A DNA stretch of 64,000 nucleotides from Candidatus Geohabitans tengchongensis (GTDB taxonomy: Bacteria; Sysuimicrobiota; Sysuimicrobiia; Sysuimicrobiales; Humicultoraceae): the NCBI GenBank assembly GCA_031459625.1, contig JAVKIH010000002.1:137272-201271 (forward strand), written 5' to 3'. The notes under the pieces were generated by a model. The model was not told where the DNA came from, ran no database searches, and worked only from the letters and a program-made list of their open reading frames with translations. Every line of letters starts with the position of its first letter. Position 1 is the first letter of the stretch. A program made the translations under genes and the position numbers. Below are positions 18,213 to 28,088 of this stretch, one piece after another.

Positions 18213-19232
18213 CTACGGCCGCCCGGCCGCCATGACCGCCCGGATCCCTTGGACGATGCGCGCCTCGCCGGGGAGGACGGCGTCTTCGAGTTCCGGCGCA
18301 TAGGGGACGGGCGCGTTGAGCCCGGCGACCCGGACGATGGGCGCGCGCAGGAGGTCGAAGCACTCCTCCGCCACCAGGGCGGCCACCTCCGCCCCAAAGC
18401 CGGCACGCCGGGGCGCCTCGTGGACGATGACCAGGCGTCCCGTGCGGGCCAGGGAGCGACGGAGGCCGGCGCGGTCGAAGGGTACCAGCGAGCGCGGGTC
18501 CCACACCTCGACGGAGATGCCCTCGGCCGCCACCGCCTCGGCGGCGGCCAGGGCGCGGGGGACCATGGCCAGGTAAGCCAGCACGGTGACGTCCGTTCCC
18601 TCCCGCACCACCCGCCCGCTGCCCAGGGACACGGTGTAGTCTGACGCCGGCACGGCGCCCCGGCTCGTGTAGAGCAGTTTGTGCTCGAAGAAGAGGACCG
18701 GGTCCGGGTCCCGGATGGCGGCCTTGAGCAGCCCTTTGGCGTCGTACGGGGTCGCGGCGGTGACCACCTTCAAGCCGGGCGTGTGGGTGAACCACGCCTC
18801 CAGGCTCTGCGAGTGCTGGGCGGCCGTCGCGCCGGCCGTTCCCGTGACCATGCGGATGACCAGGGGGACGTTCACCTGCCCGCCCGTCATGTAGCGCAGC
18901 TTGGCCGCCTGGTTGACGATCTGGTCCATGGCCAGGGTGGCAAAGTCGCCGAACATGATCTCCACCACGACGGGGATGCCGGCCAGCGCCGCCCCCAGGG
19001 CCGTGCCGACGATCGCCGCCTCGGAGATCGGCGTGTCGAGGACGCGGTGGGGACCAAAGCGCTGCCACAACCCCTGGGTGACCCCGAAGACGCCGCCGGG
19101 CTCGCCGATGTCCTCGCCCAGGAGGAGGAGCGCCGGGTCGCGCGCCAGCTCCTCCTCCAGCGCCTCCCGGATGGCCGCGGCGTAGCTGAGCTGACGGTCG
19201 GCCGCCTGCGGCTCAGGCCGGCGGGGGGTCAT
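18213..19232 (-). CDS. 2-oxoacid/acetoin dehydrogenase E1 beta subunit
   Basis: GEDIG, DTPISE, AAQHSQSLE, DPDPVLFFEHK, VHEA. Confidence 0.92.
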   Translation of the reverse strand: MTPRRPEPQAADRQLSYAAAIREALEEELARDPALLLLGEDIGEPGGVFGVTQGLWQRFGPHRVLDTPISEAAIVGTALGAALAGIPVVVEIMFGDFATLAMDQIVNQAAKLRYMTGGQVNVPLVIRMVTGTAGATAAQHSQSLEAWFTHTPGLKVVTAATPYDAKGLLKAAIRDPDPVLFFEHKLLYTSRGAVPASDYTVSLGSGRVVREGTDVTVLAYLAMVPRALAAAEAVAAEGISVEVWDPRSLVPFDRAGLRRSLARTGRLVIVHEAPRRAGFGAEVAALVAEECFDLLRAPIVRVAGLNAPVPYAPELEDAVLPGEARIVQGIRAVMAAGRP

Positions 19233-20251
19233 GCGAGTGCGCTCCCGTCGTGGGTCTCGACGTAGACGTCCTCCAGGGCTTCGTCGGCCGCGGGGCGCGG
19301 CGCCTGCAACGCGAAGCGGACGCCGGCCTCCAGCCGCGCCTCCACCGCGCGCTCGACCTCCTCCAGGTCGGCCGTGGTGAACCCCGCCTCGGCCAGCAAG
19401 CGCTCCCGGAAGGTGACCACGGGATCCCGGGCCTGCCAGGCGGCCACCTCGTCCGGCGGACGGTAGTGTCCCATGTCGCCTTCGTAGTGCCCGCGCAGGC
19501 GGTAGGTCTTGCACTCGACCAGCGTCGGCCCCCGCCCCTGGCGCGCGTCGGTCACGGCCTTGCCCACGACACGGAAGACATCGAGGACGTCGTTGCCGTC
19601 GGCGACCACCCCCGGCATGGCGTAGGCCACCGCCCGCCCGGCGATGTCCCGGATCGGCTGGTGCCTGTGCTGGGGGGTGAACTCGCCGTAGAGGTTGTTC
19701 TCGCAGATGAAGACGACCGGCAACCGCCACAGGGCGGCCAGGTTCAACGACTCGTGAAACACCCCTTGGTTGGAGGCCCCGTCGCCGAAGAAAGCCACGG
19801 CCACGCCGGCTGTGGGGGCCCCGGTCCCGGCCAGACGGGCGCGCACCGTCAGGGCGAGCGCCAGGCCCACCGCGATGGGGATGCCGCCGCCCACGATGCC
19901 GTTGGCGCCCATGATGCCCAAGGCCGCGCTGGCGATGTGCAGGGACCCGCCCTTCCCCCGGTTGTAGCCTTCGCGGCGGGCAAAGAGCTCCGCGTACATG
20001 CGTCCGGGATCGGCGCCGCGCGCCAGGATGTGGCCGTGCCCCCGGTGGGTGCTGGTGATGTAGTCCTGGGGCTCGAGGGCGGCGCAGGCGCCCACCGCCA
20101 CCGCCTCCTGTCCGATGGAGGGGTGGAGGAAGCCAGGGATGTGGCCGGCCAGGCGCAGTTGGGCCGCCCGCTCCTCGAACCGGCGGATGAGCAGCATGTC
20201 CGCGTACAGCCGTCGGAGGAAGTCGGGGGTGTAAACCATGGAGGCGCGCAT
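19229..20251 (-). CDS. TPP-dependent dehydrogenase E1 alpha subunit
   Basis: HPSIGQEA, STHRGHGH, GKGGSLH, GDGASNQG...ENN, GHYEGD. Confidence 0.92.
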   Translation of the reverse strand: MRASMVYTPDFLRRLYADMLLIRRFEERAAQLRLAGHIPGFLHPSIGQEAVAVGACAALEPQDYITSTHRGHGHILARGADPGRMYAELFARREGYNRGKGGSLHIASAALGIMGANGIVGGGIPIAVGLALALTVRARLAGTGAPTAGVAVAFFGDGASNQGVFHESLNLAALWRLPVVFICENNLYGEFTPQHRHQPIRDIAGRAVAYAMPGVVADGNDVLDVFRVVGKAVTDARQGRGPTLVECKTYRLRGHYEGDMGHYRPPDEVAAWQARDPVVTFRERLLAEAGFTTADLEEVERAVEARLEAGVRFALQAPRPAADEALEDVYVETHDGSALA

Positions 20252-20254
20252 GGC

Positions 20255-21088
20255 TCACCCGCCCTCCCGGCGGGGAAACCGGTCGGCAAAGATCGCGTGG
20301 ATGGCCCGCACAGCCTCCCCGGACGTGCCCCGCGGTTTCACCTCGAACACCAGGGTCCCGTCGAAGCCCAGCTGGTGGAGATGCCGGTTGAGGTTCACAA
20401 AGTTGATCTCCCCGGTCCCCGGCTCGTGACGTCCGGGGACGTCGGCCACGTGCACGGCGGCCACCCGGTGGTGACACCGCTCCAGCGTCGCCATGAGGTT
20501 GCCTCCCGCCTGCTGCTGGTGGAAGTAGTCGTAGGTCATCGCCAGGGAGGGGTGGTCGACGGCCTCCACGAGGCGCAGGCATTTCTCCGCCGTGTCCAGG
20601 AAGTACCCGGGGACCGAGACGGGGTTGATGGCCTCCAGCAACAGCACGACCCCGTGGGCCTGGGCCAGCGCGGCGGCCTGCCTCAACCCCTCCACCGCGT
20701 TCTCGAAGGCCTCCGCCTCGGCGAGCGGCCGGGTCGGGGGCACCACCGTCCCGTCCTGGCGGATCTCCTGGACGAAGGCGTGGACGGCCGGACACCCGAC
20801 ACGCCGGGCGCAGGCCAGGGACTCGGCCAGGCCGTCCAGGTTCGGGGCGTGCTGGGTGCGGTCAATGAGGGAGTAGCGGCGGTTGCCGAAGAAACCGGTA
20901 ATGACCACGCCGGCGTGCGCCGCGGCGTCCGCCAGCCGGTCCATCTCCTTGGTGCGCCAGTCCCAGAACTCCACGCCCTGGAACCCCGCCTGGGCCGCCG
21001 CCGCCACCCGGTCCACCAGCGGGAGCTCCGCGAACAGGAACTCGATGGACGCCGACGTGCCGACCACGGACCCGGGCGGGCGGCTCAT
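20255..21088 (-). CDS. Hydroxypyruvate isomerase-like TIM barrel
   Basis: EFLFAELP, GVEFW, LEAIN, DYFH, HVADVPGRHEPGTGEIN. Confidence 0.85.
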   Translation of the reverse strand: MSRPPGSVVGTSASIEFLFAELPLVDRVAAAAQAGFQGVEFWDWRTKEMDRLADAAAHAGVVITGFFGNRRYSLIDRTQHAPNLDGLAESLACARRVGCPAVHAFVQEIRQDGTVVPPTRPLAEAEAFENAVEGLRQAAALAQAHGVVLLLEAINPVSVPGYFLDTAEKCLRLVEAVDHPSLAMTYDYFHQQQAGGNLMATLERCHHRVAAVHVADVPGRHEPGTGEINFVNLNRHLHQLGFDGTLVFEVKPRGTSGEAVRAIHAIFADRFPRREGG

Positions 21089-21897
21089 CCCTTCAGCCCC
21101 GACATGGTGTACGTGCCGACGATCTCGCGCTGGGCCGCCAGGAACAGGGCCATGGCTGGCACCGTGGCCATGGTGGCCGCCGCCATCAGAGGGCCGAAGA
21201 GGGTGCCCCCCTCGGCGCTGACGAACCGGGCCAGCCCCAGGGGCAGGGTGGTGGCCCGGTCGCGGGCGACCAGCAGCGGCCAGAAGTACTCGTTCCAGTT
21301 CTGGATGAAGAAGAGGATGGCCAGCGCCCCCAGCGCCCCGCGGTTGACCGGCACCACTACCCGCCAGAGGATCTGCCAGCGGGAAGCCCCCTCCAGCGCC
21401 GCCGCCTCCTCCAGGGAGGCGGGGAAGGCCAGGAAGTGCTGGCGCAGGAGGAAGATGCCAAAGGCGCTGGCCAGGTGGGGCACCGCCAGCCCCGGGATGG
21501 TGTCGATCCAGCCCAGGCGGGAAACCAGCAGGAAGTTGGGGATCATCGTGATCTGAAACGGCACCAGCATGGTGCCCACGGTCAGCAGGAAGATCGCCTC
21601 CCGCCCGGGCGGGCGGAGGCGGGCGAAGGCGTAGGCCGCCAGGATGCTGGAGAGCAGCTGCCCCGCCACCACCACGGCCGCCACCGCTAGGCTGTTGACG
21701 ACGTAGCGCAGCATGGGCACCCGGGTCCAGACGTAGCGGAAGTTCTCCAGGGTGGGGGCGGTCGGCCACAGGCTCAACGAACCGAAGACCTCCCGCTCGG
21801 TCTTGAACGCCGTGGTCACCATCCACAGGAGGGGAAACACCTGCAGCGCCGCCGCGGCCAGCACCACGGTGAAGGCCAGGGGGCGGTTAACCCTCAT
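21085..21897 (-). CDS. Carbohydrate ABC transporter permease (UgpE-like)
   Basis: EEAAALEGA loop, WNEYFWPL. Confidence 0.9.
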   Translation of the reverse strand: MRVNRPLAFTVVLAAAALQVFPLLWMVTTAFKTEREVFGSLSLWPTAPTLENFRYVWTRVPMLRYVVNSLAVAAVVVAGQLLSSILAAYAFARLRPPGREAIFLLTVGTMLVPFQITMIPNFLLVSRLGWIDTIPGLAVPHLASAFGIFLLRQHFLAFPASLEEAAALEGASRWQILWRVVVPVNRGALGALAILFFIQNWNEYFWPLLVARDRATTLPLGLARFVSAEGGTLFGPLMAAATMATVPAMALFLAAQREIVGTYTMSGLKG

Positions 21898-22819
21898 AGT
21901 GGACGAACCGCTCCAGCAGCCGGAACTGCGCCCACGTCGCCCCCAGGAAGGCGACGAACATCACCACCGCCACCGCCGAGGCCAGTCCGGTCTGGAAGAA
22001 CTGGAACCCGTAGTCGTAGATCAGGTAGACCAGGTTGGTCGTGCTACGATTGGGGCCGCCGGCGGTGAGGATCTGGATGGGCGTGAAGGTGTGCTGGGCC
22101 GTGGCGATGAGCGTGCTGAGACCGACGAACAGCGTCGTCGGCGAGAGGAGGGGCCAGACCACGTGGCGGAAGGTCTGCCAGGCCGAGGCGCCGTCCGCAG
22201 CCGCGGCGTCCAGGTACTCGGCGGGGATCGCGGCCAGCCCGGCCAGGTAGATCACCAAGTTGTACCCGAAGCTCTTCCAGGCCATGAGCACCACGATGGC
22301 CCAGAGGGCCCAGTCCGGGTCGCTGAGCCAGGAGCGCCCGGGCAACCCCGCCAGCGCCAGGGCCCGGTTGGCCACCCCGTGGATGGGATTGAGGATCCAC
22401 AGCCAGACCATGCTGCCCACCGCGAAGGAGACCACGGACGGCGAGAACAGGGCCAGCTTGAGGACCGGCTGCAGCCGGCGGGAGAGCGCCAGCAGGCACA
22501 CCGCCACGGCCAGGGGGACGCCGGCGGCCAGAGGGAGCACGGCACCGAAGTACTTGAGGGTGGTCCAGACGGCGCCCCAGAACTCCGCGGAGCGCGCCAG
22601 GTCCCGGTAGTTCTCCAGCCCCAGGTAGGTGCGTGTGGGCGCGATGAGGTTCCAGCGGAAGAGGCTGAGCTCAACGGTCCGGAGGACCGGCCAGTAGGTG
22701 AACACCAGCAGCACCACCAGCGCCGGAATTGCGTACAGGTAGCCCAGGGGGCCCCTCCCCGTGGCCTCCCAGCTGCGGGGTCGGCGCAGAGCCCACCCGG
22801 CGGCCTGGGCGCGCGTCAC
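21887..22819 (-). CDS. Carbohydrate ABC transporter permease (UgpA-like)
   Basis: YLAGLAAIP.EYLDAAAADGA, GGPNRST; GTGA overlap start. Confidence 0.88.
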   Translation of the reverse strand: MTRAQAAGWALRRPRSWEATGRGPLGYLYAIPALVVLLVFTYWPVLRTVELSLFRWNLIAPTRTYLGLENYRDLARSAEFWGAVWTTLKYFGAVLPLAAGVPLAVAVCLLALSRRLQPVLKLALFSPSVVSFAVGSMVWLWILNPIHGVANRALALAGLPGRSWLSDPDWALWAIVVLMAWKSFGYNLVIYLAGLAAIPAEYLDAAAADGASAWQTFRHVVWPLLSPTTLFVGLSTLIATAQHTFTPIQILTAGGPNRSTTNLVYLIYDYGFQFFQTGLASAVAVVMFVAFLGATWAQFRLLERFVHYEG

Positions 22820-23616
22820 CGGGCCAGCCACCGGGCCAGCAGTGCCGCGCCCTCCCGCAGCCGGTCCAGGGCCGTGCCGGGCGCGTACTCGAGGACGCAC
22901 TGACAGCGCGCCGGCAGCGCGTGCAGCACCGGGTGGAGCGCGGCCCACCCGATGGTCCCGTCGCCGATGGGCAGGTGCCGGTCGGCGACGCCGTCGTTGT
23001 CGTGCAGGTGCACGGCCACGAGGCGGGACGCAAGGGTGCGGAAGGCCTCGGGGAGGTCCCACCCCGCCAGGTAGGCGTGGCCCACGTCCAGGAGGACCCC
23101 CGCCGTGTCAGGCAGCCGGGCAGCCAGGGCTGTGAACTCCTCCTGGTCGCAGACCTCCTGCCCGTGCCAGCCCACGTTCTCCACCGCCAGCACCACGCCG
23201 GCCTCGCGGGCCAGCGGGGCCAGGATCCCGATGGCCTCCTCCGCCCGTCGCAGGCAGGCAGGCCGCGGCAGGCTGGGGTCGCCCCGCCAGCCGACGTGCA
23301 CCACGACGTAGGCGGCCTCCAGCCGGTGCGCCCACTCCAGGGCCTGGCGGTAGACGCCCAGCGCGGCCTCGCGGACGGGCGCGGTGTAGCTGGCGATGTT
23401 CACGTCCCAGGCGGGCGGGTGGAGGGAGACGGGGCCGGCGAAGGCGGACCGCGCCCGCCGCACCTCCTCGAAGGCGTCGGCAGCCCACCACTGGGGGCCT
23501 TCCATGAAGATCTCGAGCGCCGGGATGCCGGTCCGTGCCAGCGCCTGCAGCCCCGCCCCGATCGGCTCGGTGAGGACGGCAAACTGCGACACGGCCAGGC
23601 CGGGCCCGCTGGGCAT
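22816..23616 (-). CDS. Sugar phosphate isomerase/epimerase (AP endonuclease 2-type TIM barrel)
   Basis: VVHVG, AVEN, LDVGHA, HLHDNDG..DRHLPIGDGTI. Confidence 0.85.
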   Translation of the reverse strand: MPSGPGLAVSQFAVLTEPIGAGLQALARTGIPALEIFMEGPQWWAADAFEEVRRARSAFAGPVSLHPPAWDVNIASYTAPVREAALGVYRQALEWAHRLEAAYVVVHVGWRGDPSLPRPACLRRAEEAIGILAPLAREAGVVLAVENVGWHGQEVCDQEEFTALAARLPDTAGVLLDVGHAYLAGWDLPEAFRTLASRLVAVHLHDNDGVADRHLPIGDGTIGWAALHPVLHALPARCQCVLEYAPGTALDRLREGAALLARWLAR

Positions 23617-23620
23617 GGGC

Positions 23621-24892
23621 TCAGCGCCCGACCAGGTCGGTGATGCGCGCCTGCGCCTCGTCCAGGGCCTGGGCGACGGGCGTGCGGCCGCTCAGGATGG
23701 CCGTCACCGCGTCGAGGATGGCGCGCTCGGCCTGGGGCCCCTGGCTGCCGGGGAAGTTGGTCCACCGCACCACGGCGTCCAGCGTCTCCAGAGCCGGCCG
23801 GGCCAGCGGGTTGAGGGGGCGCACCTTCTGCGCCTCCACCATGCGCCGCAGCGGGGAGAGGTACCCCAGCCCGGTGGTCCACCGGCTCAACCCGTCCGCG
23901 GAGACCAGGTAGCGGATCAGCTTCCACGCGGCCTCCTGCTGCCGCGGGTCGAGGGCGAAGACGAAGAGGTTGTTGCCGCCGGCGACGACGCGGCGCGGGC
24001 GCGTCCCGAAGGTGGGGAAGGCCGCCGTCCGGAGCGTGAAGCGCGCGCTGCGCTGGAAGTTCTCCAGGTTGGCGATGGAGGCCACGTGCATGGCGATCTC
24101 TCCGCGCAGGAAGCTCGCCTGCGCTTCGTCGGAGGTGGCCAGCGGCGTGACCCGGTGGACGTTGACCAGGTCGCTGTAGAACTGGAGCGCCTCGCGGTTG
24201 GCCGGGGCGTTCACCGTCACCCGGCGGTTGTCGAGGCTCATGAACGCGCCCCCGGCGGACTCCACCAGCGACTGGATGACGAACGTGTCCCGGTTCCACA
24301 GGAAGACCCCGAACTTGCCCGTCCTGGCCCGAATGGCCAGAGCCGCCTGGAGCACCTCTTCCCACGTCGCCGGGGGGCGGTCAGGGTCCAGGCCGGCGGC
24401 CCGGAAGAGGTCCGCGTTGTAGAACATGACGGGGACGCTCAGGCTGTAGGGGATGCCGTGCTGCCGCCCGTGCTTCTGCCCGAAGGCCACCACCCGGGGC
24501 GCGAACCCGGCCAGCAGCTCCTTCCAGCCCGGGAACTCCTGGGCGGGCTTGTGTGGAAAGGTGTCGATGACGAACTCCGTGAAGTTGTAGCCGATCACGG
24601 CCACGGCCGGAGGGGTCCGGGCGGCGATGGCAGCCTGGAGGCTCTGCAGCAGGCCGATGTAGCCGCCCGGCTGCAGGCGCTCGACGACGCGCACGCTGCC
24701 CTGGGACTCGTTGAACCGGCTCACGACGCTGCGCAGGACCGGGCCGCCGAAGGTCTCGGAGAAGATGTGCCAGTACTCGATGGTGATGCCGCCTGCCGGC
24801 GCCCCCCCGGTCGGTCGCACCCCCCAGACCCCCGGGAGCAACAGCGCCAGCGCCATGGCCAGCACCACCCCGATGCCGCGTGTCGACCTCAT
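23621..24892 (-). CDS. Carbohydrate ABC transporter substrate-binding protein (UgpB-like)
   Basis: Signal peptide, IEYWH, FYNADLFRAAGLDP..PPATWEE, EAAWKLIRYL. Confidence 0.88.
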   Translation of the reverse strand: MRSTRGIGVVLAMALALLLPGVWGVRPTGGAPAGGITIEYWHIFSETFGGPVLRSVVSRFNESQGSVRVVERLQPGGYIGLLQSLQAAIAARTPPAVAVIGYNFTEFVIDTFPHKPAQEFPGWKELLAGFAPRVVAFGQKHGRQHGIPYSLSVPVMFYNADLFRAAGLDPDRPPATWEEVLQAALAIRARTGKFGVFLWNRDTFVIQSLVESAGGAFMSLDNRRVTVNAPANREALQFYSDLVNVHRVTPLATSDEAQASFLRGEIAMHVASIANLENFQRSARFTLRTAAFPTFGTRPRRVVAGGNNLFVFALDPRQQEAAWKLIRYLVSADGLSRWTTGLGYLSPLRRMVEAQKVRPLNPLARPALETLDAVVRWTNFPGSQGPQAERAILDAVTAILSGRTPVAQALDEAQARITDLVGR

Positions 24893-24912
24893 GATCCCTT
24901 CCCCCCTCCCCC

Positions 24913-25689
24913 TCAGGTCATCACCAACCCGCCGTCCACGTGGATGGCGTGGCCGGTGATGTAGGCCCCGTCCGGTCCGCACAGGAAGGCCACCACGCCG
25001 GCCACGTCCTCGGGCGTCCCCAGGCGCCCCAGCGGGATCTGTCCCGGCCGCTCCCGCAGGAACGTCCCTGGCGCCCGCCCGTCGCGCGCCGTGACCGCGG
25101 CGTCCACCTCTTCCAACATGCGGGTGTGAATGTTGCCCGGGCAGACGGCGTTCACCGTGATGCGATGCGGCGCCAGCTCGACCGCCAACGCCCGGGTCAG
25201 GCCCAGGAGCCCGGTCTTGGACGCCACGTAGGCCACGTCTTGGCCGAAGGCCGTCTTGCTGGAGATGGAGGCCATGTTGACGATGGTGCCCTGCCCGCGG
25301 GCGAGCATATCCGGGACCACCGCGCGTGCGCACAGCAGCGGACCCGTGAGGTTGACCGCCAGGCTCTGGTGCCAGTCCTCCAGGGGGAAGCCCAGCAGGG
25401 GCGTGCGGCGGTAGACTCCGGCGTTATTGACCAGGATGTCGATGGGCCCCAGCGCCTCCCGGGCGTCGCGGCAGGCCCGGGCGATGCTCGCCTCGTCGCG
25501 CACATCGAGCCGGGTCGCGATGGCCCGCCCGCCGGCGCGGGTGATCTCCGCGGCCACGCCCGCGGCGCTGTCTTCCTCGATATCCGCCACGACCACGGCC
25601 CCCCCGTCCCGCGCCAGCCGCAGCGCGATCCCCCGGCCGATCCCCCGACCGGCTCCCGTCACCAGGGCGACCCGCCCCGCCAGCGTCAC
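24913..25689 (-). CDS. SDR family oxidoreductase
   Basis: TGAGRGIG, NNAG, YVASK, PLGRLGTPED. Confidence 0.92.
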   Translation of the reverse strand: MTLAGRVALVTGAGRGIGRGIALRLARDGGAVVVADIEEDSAAGVAAEITRAGGRAIATRLDVRDEASIARACRDAREALGPIDILVNNAGVYRRTPLLGFPLEDWHQSLAVNLTGPLLCARAVVPDMLARGQGTIVNMASISSKTAFGQDVAYVASKTGLLGLTRALAVELAPHRITVNAVCPGNIHTRMLEEVDAAVTARDGRAPGTFLRERPGQIPLGRLGTPEDVAGVVAFLCGPDGAYITGHAIHVDGGLVMT

Positions 25690-26546
25690 CGACGCCCTCC
25701 GACCGGGCGCCGGCGGCCGGCCCCCCGACCGCTCCCTGTCCGCCACCGGTCCGCCGTCAGGTGGCGCCGCCCACCCGTCCGGCCGGCCGGGTGACCCAGC
25801 TCCTCAGAGAGGCGCGCCGCCGTTTCCACCACCACCCGGGCCAGCGGCGGGATCCGCCCGGACGGGATGTCGGCCGCGATCCCCGAGATCCCGATGGAGG
25901 CCACGACCTCGCCACCCCTGCCCCGGACCGGCGCGGCGATGCAGCGGATGTTGCGGTGGAACTCCTCGTCGTCCACGGCGTAGCCCTGGCGGCGAACGAC
26001 CGCCAGGTGCCGCTCCAGCGACGGCAGCGTCACGCGGGTCTTGGGTGTGAACTTGGTCAGTCGGGCGTCGGCCAGCACGGCGCGCAGCCTGTCCGGCGGC
26101 AGACCCGCCAGCAGGGCCTTGCCCACGGCGGTGCAGTGCGCGGGGGCGACGTGACCGATGCCGATGTCCACCTGGACGCGGGAGGGCCCCTTCTCCTGGC
26201 CGACGTAGACGGTCCACAGCGGGTTCTCTGGCGCCAGCACCGCCAGGTGGGCGCTCTGCCCGGTCCGCGTCACCAACGCGGCCAGGTACGGCCGCGCGCG
26301 CTGGGGGAGGTCCATGCGGGAGAGCACCCGCGCCGACAGGGTCAGCAGGCCGGCGTCCAGGTCGTACCGGCGAGTCTGCGGGTCCTGGCGCACGTAGCCC
26401 CGCCGGCTCCAGGCCGCCAGGATACGGAAGACCGTGGCCTTGTCCAGGCGCAGGACGCGGGTCAGCTCGGACACCCCCAGCGGCCCCTCGCTGGCCACCA
26501 GCGCCTCGATGACCGCCAGCGCCCGCTCCAACGTCCGCGTGCGCAC
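25686..26546 (-). CDS. IclR family transcriptional regulator
   Basis: TLERALAVIE, HTH, HCTAVGKA, GYAVDDEE, CIAAPV. Confidence 0.92.
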   Translation of the reverse strand: MRTRTLERALAVIEALVASEGPLGVSELTRVLRLDKATVFRILAAWSRRGYVRQDPQTRRYDLDAGLLTLSARVLSRMDLPQRARPYLAALVTRTGQSAHLAVLAPENPLWTVYVGQEKGPSRVQVDIGIGHVAPAHCTAVGKALLAGLPPDRLRAVLADARLTKFTPKTRVTLPSLERHLAVVRRQGYAVDDEEFHRNIRCIAAPVRGRGGEVVASIGISGIAADIPSGRIPPLARVVVETAARLSEELGHPAGRTGGRRHLTADRWRTGSGRGAGRRRPVGGRR

Positions 26547-26560
26547 CCCTCCTGGGTGGT

Positions 26561-26605
26561 CTGTTTTATTGAGCGCAACTCTGTTTCACTTCTTCCCGAA
26601 CAAAT
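26561..26605. promoter_or_regulatory. AT-rich putative IclR promoter/operator
   Basis: ctgtttTattgagcgcaact ctgtttCact...gaaca; CTGTTT repeated at 20-bp spacing just upstream of iclR. Confidence 0.4.
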
Positions 26606-26707
26606 ACCTCTTCGACACCCGGGCGGGTCCCTTCCTCCTCCCGCGCCCCTACCCCCGCACGCCGGGACGGCGCGGCGGCTCCGACCTCTTCCGCCGTGGG
26701 CCGCGGC

Positions 26708-28057
26708 TCAGTACGACCGCAGGACCCGACCCGCCGGCGGTCCGATGACCTCCCCGTCGCGGAAGACCACGCGCCCCCCCTTGATGGTCGTCGTCGGCCA
26801 GCCGCGCAGGCGCATGCCATTGGCCGCGGTTTTGAACCGCGAGACCGTGGTCTGCGGGCTCACCACCCGCTCCCGGTCCATGTCGACCAGCACCAGGTCG
26901 GCGTCCTTGCCGACGGCGATGGCCCCCTTGCGGTCGTCGATGTGGTAGAGGCGGGCGGGGGTGAGACAGGCCACCCGGACCAGGTCCTGCAGGGTGATCC
27001 GCCCCCGGTGCACGCCCTCCGAGAGGAGCAGGGGCAAGGCCACCTCGATCCCCGGCATGCCGGCGGTGGCCTGCCAGAGGTCGTCGGTCTCGTGCTTCTC
27101 ACACGAGATGTGGTCGGTACCGACGGTGGCGATGGCCCCGGAGCGCACCCCCGCCCACAGCCGCTCGCCGTTGGTGCGGTCGCGCAACGGCGGGTTCATC
27201 TTGCCGATGGCGCCGATCCGCGGTCCCGCCTCTTCCGGAAAGACCGTGAGGAACTGCACCAGCGTCTCCAGGATCAAGGGGCGCTGGGTCCACCGCTGCG
27301 CCGCCTCGATGCCCTCGGCGGCCGCCAGGTGCAGGACGACCGCGCGGCAGCCGGTGAGCTCGCTGAGGTAGGCCATCGTGTGGATGTCCGCCACCTCGCA
27401 GAAGGCCGGTCGGGCGTCGGTCCACGCCTGCAGGTCCCGCCGGCCCGTGCGCTGGACGGCCGGCAGCGTGTAGCGGATGATCTCGACGTCTTCGCAGTGG
27501 AGGGCGCAGAGGGCGTCGATCTGCGCGCACTGCCGCATGGTCAGGTAGGCGTCACCGTCGTCCAGGGGTTCGATGTCCAGCTCCGCCACGGCCCGGACAC
27601 GGTAGTCCAGGTGCAGCTTGTAACAGAGGACCCCGAACCGCTCCCGGTACTGGGGAATCTCGTCGATGTGGCGGCGGTTCTGGATCTGAAGGTGGAAGAC
27701 GACGTCGCAGTGAGAGCGCGCGGCCACCACCTGCTCCCAGGCCGGATAGACTTCCAGGTACGACGCCTTGGCGCGGGCGTGGGGCATCATCACCGTCGTG
27801 CCGCCCGCCACGGCCGCGGCGCTGGTCTGCTCCACGTCCACCTCGAAGGGGTAGTGGACCCCGAGGTGGATGTGGGGCTCCACCCGGCCCGGCAGCAGCA
27901 CCTGCCCGCGCCCCTCCAGGACCTCCTCAGCTGCAGGGCCGTCCCCCTCGTCGCCCATGGCCACGATGCGCCCTCCCCGCACGGCCACCCAGCCCCGGAA
28001 GGTCAGGTCGGGGGTCACCACGTGGCAGTCGCGGACCACCAGATCGACTCGCGCCAT
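26708..28057 (-). CDS. Cyclic amidohydrolase (dihydroorotase/allantoinase/hydantoinase family)
   Basis: PHIHLG, GGTT, Lys in CYKL, LHCE, KMNPPLR, GTDH, GKDADLV. Confidence 0.88.
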   Translation of the reverse strand: MARVDLVVRDCHVVTPDLTFRGWVAVRGGRIVAMGDEGDGPAAEEVLEGRGQVLLPGRVEPHIHLGVHYPFEVDVEQTSAAAVAGGTTVMMPHARAKASYLEVYPAWEQVVAARSHCDVVFHLQIQNRRHIDEIPQYRERFGVLCYKLHLDYRVRAVAELDIEPLDDGDAYLTMRQCAQIDALCALHCEDVEIIRYTLPAVQRTGRRDLQAWTDARPAFCEVADIHTMAYLSELTGCRAVVLHLAAAEGIEAAQRWTQRPLILETLVQFLTVFPEEAGPRIGAIGKMNPPLRDRTNGERLWAGVRSGAIATVGTDHISCEKHETDDLWQATAGMPGIEVALPLLLSEGVHRGRITLQDLVRVACLTPARLYHIDDRKGAIAVGKDADLVLVDMDRERVVSPQTTVSRFKTAANGMRLRGWPTTTIKGGRVVFRDGEVIGPPAGRVLRSY

Positions 28058-28088
28058 CGCTGCCTCCTCCCGGACCCGTCCCCCCGCC

